A DNA stretch of 64,000 nt from Octopus vulgaris (lineage: Eukaryota), in assembly GCA_951406725.2 (NCBI GenBank), contig OX597819.1, positions 118,110,001 to 118,174,000 on the forward strand, given 5' to 3'. The translations under genes and the position numbers were made by a program. Below the pieces are notes generated by a model. It saw nothing but the letters and a program-made list of their open reading frames with translations, did not search any database and was not told where the DNA came from. Positions 1 to 11,912 of this stretch are shown here, one piece after another. Each line of letters starts with the position of its first letter. Within the stretch, counting starts at the first letter, position 1.

Positions 1-1226
1 TGTCAGAAGCCTGGGAATACTTCGTAGAAAATACATAAAATTTCATTTATCTTATTGCATTTAGTAACGCTGCTGTTATTGGTAATGGTAGTTGTGTTCT
101 CTTTAATATTTTCTTGGTGTTGCTCTTCTTGTTGGCGTCGACGTCATCGCGTATTTGTAAAAGATTAGTGTTTTATAGAACCACGTTAGACGATTAAAAC
201 TCTTTAAATTGCAGAACAAGTAATTGGCTACAGCAAGGAAGATGAGGACAAATATCCGTCAAATGTAAATAATATAACTAATGTAAGTAACTGGATGTTT
301 CCCCTCCTCATCCTGATCCTTACCTTCCCATCCTACCATCCTCTCCTTTCTCCTTCATAAGATGGATGCTTTTGTTTTTTTGTGTTCTCTCCTTTTAGGG
401 TTCATATCGATCGAGTAATAGCTTATAGCTAAATTGCATTACCTTAGAATTTCAAGGGAAAATTAATTCTGTGAATTAAAAATATAATTTTGCACAAATG
501 AAAAGACCTCATTCGATAGAGACGCCGGAACCGTTTGCAAGCTTCAGCCTTTCTTCGATTCTAGGGAACGATAAATAAAAGGAGAATCTTATACACGGTA
601 AGGTGTTTGACATTTTACAATATCTTCAGGTTTGAAGCTAACCGTGATATCCTGGCAGCCAAACAAAAAATATTTGTGAGATTTCTAGACATCCTGGCCT
701 CAAATATCGAAAATATCTGTTAAATTTCGTCCATCTTGAGTAGAAAATAAAATATCAGTAAATTTAACTTATGCCTTACTCCAAATATCGGGCCTTGGCC
801 AGCTAATAAACGGCCTCATATGTATAATGAGGATATTAATAAACTGTAATGTGTTGGAGGATTTGGAATATATTTATTATAAAATTAGTTTTTTCCTTGT
901 TTTGTAGTTTTCGACACTAAACGTTCTAGGGCGGTACAAATTATTGCCACTGCAAGTAAATTTTTGAAGCATAACATAACTTTGTGAAAGATTATTGCGT
1001 TTCTGTCTAATTTAAATGGTACATTGATGAACAGAAACGTTGACCACGTTGGTATTCAAAATCCGACCTAAACATGTTAATCAGCACCAGTAAAGTATTG
1101 TCTCCGATTCTCAATCAATCCTCCAGTTCATATTATTATAGTAATATTTTTATAATTTAGGCAAAATGTCATTAGATTTGATGGAAGGATTCTAGTGGAT
1201 ATATTCGACTAAAATACTTAAATATA

Positions 1227-1470
1227 GGTGCCTGGCTCAGGGGTTCGGTTGTTGGACTCATTATCAAACATTGTGGTTTTGATTCCTGGGCCGCCCGACG
1301 CGATGTGTTCTCAAGCAAAAACTTCATTTCTCGTTGATTCAATTCCACTCAGCTAGAAAATATGAGAATTCCTGCAACGGGCCAACGTACCATTCAGGTG
1401 TGGAATATATATGCAAAGAAAACTAGGAAACCAGCTCTTATGGGTCAGCATCTCTCCAGAAGGAACCTTT
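1227..1470 (+). mobile_element. Degenerate tRNA-derived SINE (family D, Meta/V-domain-like core)
   Basis: A-box-like tggctcagggg and B-box-like gtttttgattcc head; cctgcaacgggccaacgtaccattcagg...gaaaactaggaaacc resembles the better preserved 3' part at 46615-46732. Confidence 0.55.
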
Positions 1471-2608
1471 ATTTTAAACTTTCTTTACTGAAATACTAAC
1501 TGCAAACTTAATTTATCAAATACGAAAGTTTTAAAAGCAAATTTAAACACATCGGGGATTAATTTATTCTATGTAAACAGCTCTAAACACCGCAAGACAT
1601 TTTCTTCCAATCAATAAGAATTCTTCTATTCAACAGCCATTTATAATATTTTTTTCTAATTTGAATATAAAGCGAGAAATTTTGAGGAGGTCCTAGTTAG
1701 GTTGCGAATGATCAAATCCAGTATTTGACTAGATTTGATTACTGACTCTTAGTATCGAACCTGAAATGATGAAAGCCAAAGTTGACATTGGTGTGATTTT
1801 TGCTCAGTGAAGGTAAGGAACCAGGAGAAAAAAGTGGGGCATAATGCCTGGCCCATTAATGATTCCATCAATTTCCTGCAATTAGTGTTAAACCTGTCTC
1901 TCTATTAGGCATAAAGCGTGAAATTTTGCTGAAAGTGCTTAGACAATTTAGTGAAGGTCATTATTTATAAAGGAATTTTAATTTATCCACTTCGAAAGGA
2001 GTAAAGGGAATGTTTCTCATGGCAGAGTACGAAATAAAAGAGTAAATAACTCGGAGTAAATAACGTGAAACTTTGCACTAACGAATTTGCTAAAACATCA
2101 ATAATGATATTTTTTTTTATTTAAGCATAAATTCAGAAAGTTTGTTGCAAAGTTAATCACATCAGCACCAGGGTGTGCACGTGCGTGAATGTACGTGCGT
2201 CTACGTTTGTGTACGTGTGTGCGAGTGTGAGTGTGAATGTGCATGTGTGTATGTGTGCGTCAGTGAGTGTGTACGTATATGAGTGTGTACGTATATGACT
2301 GTGTACACATGTAGAATGCGATTATAGATAGTAATGTAACAAAGAGTAAAACATTGATGAGATGTACGTCCATTGTGTTCGTGGAGGACGATAGTGATAA
2401 TAATTGCGCTCAATTTAATGATGGAGGTTAATGATGTCCACCAAAGATATATAACTGTATTAGCGCGTACATAGCTGACCAGACGGATATCTAAGCGCTG
2501 TACGTTTCGTAATGTACTGGATAGACTGTGAACAGGTTTGAGGAATATACGCAGACAAATACACACACACAAACACACACATAGACATACACATAAATAT
2601 ATATTTAT

Positions 2609-2817
2609 ATGACGCCATGATAGATCGTTAGCCACTACACACACTTTATTTTCTCTCCTTGTTTCTCTCCTTGATTTTTTCTGTGTCCCATTCTGTAGAA
2701 GAGCGTAGGCTCGAAACATAAAAGTATGTTTCTATTCCTGAGCGTTATACTAATACATCTGTTTGTTTTGTACACCACCTGTCTTCGTCTTTTGTTTTTT
2801 TTTCGAAAACTCTCCCT
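2609..2817 (+). mobile_element. Short non-coding PLE pseudo-LTR-like element (family P1) with hammerhead-like motif at 2688-2724
   Basis: Homologous to copies at 7738, 25325, 51936 and 58565; flanked by TA runs; motif CTGTAGA-A-GAGC-GTAG-GCTC-GAAAC-ATA-AAAG. Confidence 0.65.
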
Positions 2818-3072
2818 ATATATGTATATATGCATACACGCTAGAAGGGTTAAGATAGCATAAAAACATATTTCCCAGGATTTTCTACAAAGAGAAGAGT
2901 AGGGAAATTATAACCAAGTAAAAAACTATAACCAAGAGATAAGGGTGTACTTTTGGATAAATACACATTTCGTACAGAAATGAAAACACGGGGCTACGCT
3001 GCTAGCGTGTGACAAGGAGTACTGCTGTTGTGAAGTAAATAAAACAACCGAAATATACTGCGTTTAAAATGC

Positions 3073-3074
<2 letters not shown>

Positions 3075-3114
<40 letters not shown>

Positions 3115-5474
3115 ATAGATATACACACACATGCAAATGTATATATATGTGTGTGTATATATATATATGTGTATACATGTATGCATAAAAAATTATATAT
3201 ATATATATGAAAACGTATATGTGTATGTGGGGATGTTTGTATGTGTGTGTGTGTGTGTATGTTCGTGTGTGCGAGCATTATTTATGTATATATTCATTTA
3301 TGATATTAATAACATGAAATGGGATATGTAAACTATATATATGCCAATTTGGGATTTCGTGATTATTATAATTTACAGATAATTTATAAAGCGTTGTCAA
3401 CTTCATAATTATATATATGAAGAATGTGTATTCATGCATTCATACACATATAATATTTCGGTGTGCAATTCATGAACACTCAACCACATACACAGAATAT
3501 GCATTAAAGTCATTTTATATATACAACTGTATATTCTGTCAAAAATTTATTATGCATGTATGACTATAGAATTTATACATTAATATCAATAATAATAAAT
3601 ATAAAGAAATATACCTCTACATATACGTTCTTCTATCTATCTATCTGTATATCTATCTGTCTATCTATCTAGCTAGCTATTACATAGAATATTGTGATCA
3701 ATGGTTATTATATACAGATTTCAATTTTATATCGTATTTCTACATTTGTATCAATTTTTTTTTTGGTGAAATATATCAACAGTATATTTATTTATTTATT
3801 GCATTATTTTAATATTCATATGTGTATATAATGTTATACTATAAGGTAATCTATATGAAATAGGTACAATAATATGAATTACAATAATGTTTCTAATGCG
3901 CTTTCACATGGTTGGAACTTCTTTTTATCAAAACTGCCAACCATATATTATGTACAACTGACTTGTACATAATATGTAGCAGTTAAATTAGTGGCTCATT
4001 GCTAGAAACAGAATATTTTAAAAGAATGTGTTCAATATATATATGTTAAATGAGTATGTAAATAAAAAAGTTTGAGATATCTTTTACATAACCGTTAAAG
4101 TTTTGTAATTAATCTGCAGAATATCTCTTTCCTACTCTAGATAGGCTGGAATTTTTGGGGGAGAGATCAGTCGACGATCGACACCAGTAAGCAACTGGTA
4201 CTTACTTCGTCGATTCCGAAAGGATGAGCAAAATGGATTCGGCGGAATATGAACTCACATACGTAACGGCAGAAACGTTAGAACGCCGGGTGAAATGCTT
4301 GGCGGTATTTCGTCTGCCGTTACGTTGTGAGTTCATATTCCGCCGAGGTCGACTTTACCTTTCATCCTTTCGGAATCGACAAAGTAAGTACCAGTTGCTT
4401 ACTGGTGTCGATCTCGTCGACTGATCCTCTCCCCCAAAATTCCAGGCCTCGCGTCTAGAGTAGGAAAGAATATTCTGCGGATTAATTACAAAACACTAAC
4501 GGTTATGTAAAAGATGTCTCAAACTTTGTTGTATTATCTACATTCTTTTATATATATATTGAAACACATTCTTTTAAAATATTCTGTTTCTAGCGAATGA
4601 GCCACTAGTTTATGTAGAAGTCAGTTGTACATAATACATATATGGTTGGCAGTTTTGATAAGTTCCAACCATGTGAAAGCGCATTAGAAGAAACATTATT
4701 GTAATTCGCGCAACGTTATATTTCATATAGATTACAAATAGTAAATTTATTATATAGACATATGAATATTAAAATATTGCAATAAATAAATAGAGAAATA
4801 TACTGTTGATATATTTCATAAAAAAAAATTGATACAAATGTAGAAATAGCGATATAAAAGAATGAAATCTGTATATAATAACCATTGATCGCAATATTCT
4901 ATGTAATAGCTAGCTAGATAGATAGACAGATAGATATACAGATAGATAGATAGAAGAACGTATGTAGAGGTATATTTCTTTATGTTTGTGTGTGTGTGTG
5001 AGTGAAAATTCTAAACTTAGTCATACATGCATAATAAGTTTTTGACAGAATGTACAGTTGTATATATAAAATGACTTTAATGCATATTCTGTGTATGTGG
5101 TTGAGTGTTTGTAATTGCACATAATATTATGTGTATGAATGCATGAATACACAGTGTACAGCATATATATAATTATGAAGTTGACAACGCTTTAGGTTAA
5201 CTATAGGGTATCTGTAAATTATAATAATCACGAAATCCCAAATTGGCATATGTAAGTTTACATATCCCATTTCGTGTTATTAATATCATAAATGAATATA
5301 TACATAAATATTGCTCGCACACACGAACATACACACACACACACACACATACAAACATCCCCACATACACATATACGTTTTCATATATATATATATAATT
5401 TTTTATGCATACATGTATACACATATATATATATACACACACATATATATACATTTGCATGTGTGTGTATCTAT

Positions 5475-5512
<38 letters not shown>
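3075..5512. repeat. Large inverted duplication: arms ~3075-4273 and 4313-~5512, 39-nt loop
   Basis: Arms are reverse complements throughout (e.g. gcgttgtcaacttcataattatatat at 3391 vs atatataattatgaagttgacaacgc at 5165) with many small indels. Confidence 0.97.
4268..4470 (+). mobile_element. tRNA-derived SINE family B (Nin-domain-like) at the palindrome centre, mirrored at 4120-4273
   Basis: ggcagaaacgttag...gagttcatattccgccgaggtcgactttacctttcatcctttcgg matches copies at 19172, 28023 and 32629. Confidence 0.9.
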
Positions 5513-5534
<22 letters not shown>

Positions 5535-5591
5535 TATACATACATATTTACACAGACATATGGCTGCCTGTTACTGTGCGCGCACACATAC

Positions 5592-5622
<31 letters not shown>

Positions 5623-6145
5623 CGCTTGAAAGTCGTTTAATTTTCATATGAATATATATTACACGATACTTGTTTCTCCCTTAAGCGCTTAAGGCAGTAC
5701 ACTAAATTGAACATAAATACTACATACTATAGGAAATTTCTTGTGCATTGCTAATGCATACCATTCGCATACCACTTTATGTCTTTTTCCAGAATACATT
5801 AAAGCATCATTTAAAGATGTTGTTTCTGTAGCTATCGAAATAGGAAAAACGTAAAATTTGAAAAACACAAGCAGGGAGTTTAAGCACAGTCACCAATTTT
5901 AAAGGCTATAGCGTGTATGAAATATTTATGTTAACTTCACAAAGAGTTTCCAGTTGACGTTCCGAAGTGCATACGGCAACGCTCTTTGTTTACCTAAGTC
6001 GAAGTATACGATGGAGCAACGCTAATACAACGACGTTCATTTTCGTTTCAAAATTGACTCAACAATGTGATCTATACACACACACGCACACGCACACACA
6101 CACACACACATACACACTCACACACAAATACATATACACACATAT

Positions 6146-6366
6146 ACTCTTTACTCTCTTTTTACTCTTTTGCTTGTTTCAGTCATTTGACTGCAGCCAT
6201 GCTGGAGCACCGACTTTTAGTCGAGCAAATCGACCCCAGGACGTATTCTTTGTAAGCCTAGTACTTATTCTATCGGACTTTTTGCCGAACCGCTATGTTA
6301 CGGGGGACGTAAACACACCAGCATCGGCTGTGAAGCGAAGTTGGTGGAGGACAAACATAGACACAC

Positions 6367-6372
<6 letters not shown>
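6146..6372 (-). mobile_element. SINE family A, 3' half
   Basis: Tail ctcttttactc and gtttcagtcatttgactgcagccatgctggagcacc shared with full copies. Confidence 0.9.
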
Positions 6373-6429
<57 letters not shown>

Positions 6430-6433
<4 letters not shown>

Positions 6434-6837
6434 ACTATTTAATCTTTTACTTGTTTCAGTCATTTGACTGCGGCCATGCTGGACTCCGCCTTTAATCGAG
6501 CAACACGACCCCGGGACTTATTCTTTTGTAAGCCAGTACTTATTCTATCGGACTCTTTTGTCGAACCGCTAAGTAACGGGGACATAAACACACCAGTATC
6601 GGTTGTCAAGCAATGCTAGGGGGACAAACACACTCACACAAACTCACACACGCATATATATATATATATACATATATACGACGGGCTTCTTTCAGTTTCC
6701 GTCTACCAAATCCACTCACATGGCTTCAGTCGGCCCGAGGCTATAGTAGAAGACACATGCTCAAGGTGCCACGCGGTGGGACTGAATCCGGAACCATGTG
6801 GTTGGTAAACAAGCTACTTACCACACAGCCACTCCTG
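6430..6837 (-). mobile_element. tRNA-derived SINE family A, full length; further partial copy at ~6840-6935
   Basis: Head caggagtggctgtgtggtaag (A box) and ggttccggattcagtccc (B-box region), internal TA/TG microsatellite, 3' tail gactgaaacaagtaaaag. Confidence 0.93.
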
Positions 6838-7737
6838 TATATATATACATATGTACGACGGGCTTCTTTCAAATTCCGTCTACCAAATCCACTCACAAGG
6901 TGTTGGTCGGCCCTAGGCTATAGTAGAAGACATGTATACACAAACAAACATACTCACACGTGTATGTATATAGACGAAGGCGTGGCTGTAGACGCCGTTG
7001 TGGTTATAGGAACAGGCTTGGTTGGCGGTAAAAGCTTTCCTTCCAACCAGATTGGGTCCGGATTCACTCTCAATGCAAGGCAACTTGTGGAAGTGAGCCA
7101 ACATTAGGCTTGTGTGTGGAAATTAAAAGGAGGCACACATACATGTACGCTCAATCACTCATTCACTCATACACACACATTAATAATATTATGTTCGGGT
7201 AGATACCATGTATGCATTTAAAGGCTGTCAAAAATAGTTTAGAGCTATACGCCAGTGGATTTATTTTAGAAATGCTATTAAAACTTATTAAAAGTAGAAG
7301 AGAGAGAAAATGGAAAGCAGGAGATACTTTATCCAGAACCACGATGAGTGGAGGGGCTGTACAATAGTTATGCATTATAGATGCAGCTGGGTTTTCTCAG
7401 TCGACACTTCATGAAGTAACTCGTTGTTTACTGTGTTGTTGTTGTTCTTGTGTGTTTTATTGTGTGTGAGTGTGTATATGTGTAAGTGTATACATATGTA
7501 TAACAATCACCCGTCTGTCCCTTATGGCTGCTGGCCATGTGCTGTTGGTTTATTCTGGTATCCGTAATCTTGCGGTTCGGTAAAAGAGATTAGTAGAGCA
7601 GCAACCAAGGTTAACATAAAAAAGTACTCGGAGAGGTTTATTCGACTGAAGCCTTCTGGGTGGTGTCTCAGCGTGGCCACATTTGAAAATGCTGTGCTGA
7701 CGTAAGTTAAATATATATATATGTATATATATATATA

Positions 7738-7955
7738 GGGAGAATTCACCAAAAAAAAAGAACGCAAAAGACACGAAGACAGGACATGTAGACAAGAAAT
7801 AGATGTATTAGTATAACGCTCGGGAACTGAAAAGAGACTTTAACGTTTCGAGCCTACGTTCTTCCACAGAAAGGAACACAGAAAGAAACAAGGAGAGAAA
7901 ATAAAGAATGTGTATTGGTTAGCGATCTATCATGGCGAAGGCTGGACAGAAGGAT
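7738..7955 (-). mobile_element. Family P1 element with hammerhead-like motif at 7838-7873
   Basis: Reverse complement reads CTTT-CTGTGGA-A-GAAC-GTAG-GCTC-GAAAC-GTT-AAAG; TA tracts on both sides. Confidence 0.65.
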
Positions 7956-7962
7956 ATATATA

Positions 7963-8016
<54 letters not shown>

Positions 8017-8024
8017 TTTAATTC

Positions 8025-8405
8025 TTCAATTCTTTTACTCATTTCAGTCATTTTTTCATTCCAGCCGTACTGGAGCATCGCCCTTAGTCGAACAAATGGC
8101 CCCCAGAACTTATTTGTTTTATGCCAAGAACTTATTCTATTGGTACCTTTTTACGAGGTTGTAGACACACCAACATCGGTTGCGAGGAGATGTTTGGGTG
8201 ACAAGCATAGACACACAATTACATATATCCACACACACATACATATACATACATACATATATACGTCGGGCTTCTTTCAATTTCTGTCCGCCAAATAGAC
8301 TCACAAACCTTCTGCTATAGTAGAAAGACAATTGGTGACGCTGCCACACGGTGTGACTGAAACTTGAATCATGTGGTGACAATATTAATACAAACGCCTG
8401 CACCT
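8025..8405 (-). mobile_element. Degenerate SINE family A
   Basis: Recognisable blocks tggagcatcgcccttagtcga, acaccaacatcggttg, gggcttctttca and gactgaaac. Confidence 0.75.
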
Positions 8406-8487
8406 ATATATATATATACATACACATACACACATATATATATACGTATATATTCATATATGTAAGTATATATATGAATATATATAA

Positions 8488-8565
8488 GGTAGCAACACCA
8501 AATGGCGGTGCCCCAGCATGGCCACAGCTTGTAAGCTGAAACTAGATAAAAATAAAAAAAAAAAA
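8488..8565 (+). mobile_element. Isolated 3' tail of CR1-like LINE
   Basis: gtagcaacaccaaatggcggtgccccagcatggccacagcttgtaagctgaaact nearly identical to the tails at 8977 and 45895. Confidence 0.8.
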
Positions 8566-8582
8566 TAAAATATATATATATA

Positions 8583-8634
8583 GCAAAAACTGTCCGATGT
8601 ACGGCAACGGGAAACTCAGAGTAACAGGTTTTGT
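8583..8634 (+). ncRNA. Minimal type I hammerhead-like motif (variant core) in a short TA-embedded element
   Basis: Stem I caaaaactgt/acaggttttg, core CCGATGT, stem II CG-GCAA-CG, GAAACTCAGAGTA. Confidence 0.45.
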
Positions 8635-8734
8635 TGAATTTTCTGCTGCTTTAAATAAAGTATATATATATAGATGTATATATATATATATATAGATATA
8701 ATAAAGTATATATATATATATATATATTAATATA

Positions 8735-9050
8735 GATGTAGGACAAGATATTGTGATAGCCTGGGCTTCAGAGGCCCACGGCTCTTCAATGTCCTCCCGA
8801 AGAACCTGAGGACCTGCATGGTATAGATGCGGATGTCTTTAAAGCAGGACTGGATCTCTTCCTGTCAGGTGTCCCGGATGAACCAACTTCACGGCAGGAG
8901 GTGCAGATGAAGGCAGCTGCATCGAACTCTCTCATCAGATGGCGTTTGCTAAAAAGCATCCGTGAGGTAAACCCGTGTAGCAAACCAAATGGCGGTGCCC
9001 CAGCATGGCCACAGCTCATTAGCTGAAACTGGAAAAATCAAAATCAAAAT
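8735..9050 (+). mobile_element. CR1-like LINE 3' end (ORF2 C-terminus remnant plus tail)
   Basis: Highly similar to 45644-45975; (AAAATC)n tail. Confidence 0.85.
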
Positions 9051-9818
9051 CATACACACACACACACATAAATACACAACACACACACATAGAGTTGAAA
9101 GGGGTTAACAGTCCATACATTTTAAAGATTATTGTTAAAAAGACTAAATAATGCTGGAAAAGGCACAACAGTACATTTGGTGAACGTTCAAAATTTTTTG
9201 ATATAGTGAGTGATTTAAAATATAACCGGTTTTGATGTATACAAATTATCAAATAATACAAAGATTTTCTTACGAAGTCAAAGACAGAATAACTGTTTTA
9301 ACCAATGTTTTAATGCATAGAGGAATTTTTCTTTAGAATTACACCTTATGGGGTCTAGTATATTTTGTGCATGTACTTTTGAGGTGTGGGTCAAATATTT
9401 CAAGTTTCAGTGTTGAAAACACACAAAATCAAAACACACACACACACACACACACACATACACACACACACACACACACAGAAAAAACAAATACATAAAA
9501 TTAAAAAGAAAAAAACTGGAAAACACAACACACACAGAACAAAATTTTTTGATATAGTGAGTGATATAATAATATTATCAATATTTTAAATGTTTTATAT
9601 TTTCTTATTATATTTATTTATATATTTATATTTATATTTTTTAATAAAAAGAAAGAAAGAAATAAAAAAAAGTCTTTTATAGAATATGTTTTATATTTAT
9701 ATTTGTGTGTCTTTTTTTGTGTTTTTTATATATTCAAAATTTTTTTTTTTTTTTTTCCTATTGAGAGAATATGTACAGTGGTTAAGGATGATCATTCAAA
9801 CTACTTACAAATATGTGA

Positions 9819-9890
<72 letters not shown>

Positions 9891-10347
9891 GAAAACGTGG
9901 CTGTATGTTTTCTCTACAAGCATATATGAAATAATATAAAGAGGATAAAACCTGCAAGCTGTTTCTAAATTCTCTGTTCTTGGTAACAATTCTAACGCCC
10001 AGTTTCTATAAAGTCGTTCCACTATTTAGAATATCATAGTTCGGCTCCATTACACACCAGCGGTAACTGTTGGAGTTTCATTCAATTATTTTTTCAACAA
10101 GTTGACAGCCATATTACGTAACCTCGGAAAACGCAGAACAATTTCGTTTTTTGTTTTCTTTCTTTACAATGAGTCATATAAAATATTGCATTTATAGTAT
10201 TGATCCGCTATCGTGGGTTAAAATTTATAATGGGGATAGTGGCATGCAGATAAACTGTTTCCGGAAAATATAAATTTATTATTTTATGTTTATATCAAAA
10301 ATGAGATCGATATAAATGTCTACAGTACTGCTCAAATAATTGTGTTG

Positions 10348-10600
<253 letters not shown>

Positions 10601-11826
10601 TCTGTCTGTGTCTGAGTGTATTATTGCGTGTGTATGTGTGCGTGAGAGCGATAGAGAGCGAGAGATAGAGAGTGCGTTTGTGTAGTAATGTGTTTCTTTG
10701 ATAGTTTGTGCTTGTAAATGGTTTCATATTTTGCATGATGTCTATACACATTACCTCCAGATATTTCCGTTGATAAATTTCCTAATCTACCGTGAAACTA
10801 AAAGTGTAACTAAGCAGGAAGAAATGCAATTCTAATGTCACCATTTTACTATTACTTCTTAATGTAGCTTTACATTTCGTTTATTATTCCTGTTTTTTTC
10901 TTTTCTTTATTCTTCTCTCTTTTGACTGTGATTTCTTTTACTTCTATTTTATGTTTGATTCGTTGATTGAAATTGATAAGTTCATCTTGTGAACGCTTCA
11001 AACCAAAGAGTTTATCAAATGTTTTATTTTCTTTCTACTTTTGCTTCCTCGATCTACAAAAGTAATTGGAAATTCAATCGTGTGTTATTTAGTCAGGAAA
11101 TGTATTTGGTCAGAGAACTGGTAGTGATACATACATACATACATTCATACATATATACATGTAGCTTTTATAGTTATTGTATACATGTAGTTTTTATGTT
11201 GTTCTTTTATTTTGCTATTTTCCTTTCATGATTTCATCGAAATTCTTCGTCGATGTCGTTCCTGCTACTTTTGTTGTTGTCATTGCTAATATAATTGTTG
11301 ATTCCTATCTTACAATCAGTCTTAAATAAATTCTCTAAATTGTTAGTAGAGGACAATAATAGTTATAACTTTGTGGCGAAACTGATAAACCACAGACATT
11401 CTTATCGTTTCTGATACAAATATTTTTGTGCCTATTTGCGGTTTGCGTCTATTAAATGCAATCAGTAAGAAGACATACGAGGAGAGACAACGCAATTACA
11501 CCCCCCCCCAACAGGCGCTTACATATACATGTGCGTGTGTGTGTCCGTGCGTGTATGTGTATATATATATGTATATATATACATGTATGCATACAAGGAC
11601 AAAGAAAGTGATACACATACGCTGATCTATTACAAGTTCACACACAATACATGCACGTTGTAAACAAGCTTCAGTATAAATCTAGAGTTTCTTTTAAAGC
11701 CATGGAAGGTTGAAAGTCAAAGCGGCTCTACCGCAATTTTAGCTTCAAAGTAAGACAGGCTATACGTTACATATTGCTTTACTGTAAGCTTCACGTAATA
11801 CAGAGATACATGCAGTTGCTTACACT

Positions 11827-11912
<86 letters not shown>

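Noticed and set aside
647-770. Three degenerate ~40-bp tandem units (catcctgg...aaaatat.tgt.a.attt)
   Set aside because: Too diverged and short; no constant repeat/unique spacer pattern, so not CRISPR-like
3005-3062. GTGACAA-GG...CC-GAAATATA hammerhead-like string (similar at 24920-24946)
   Set aside because: Positions 3 and 8 cannot pair and stem I does not close in register
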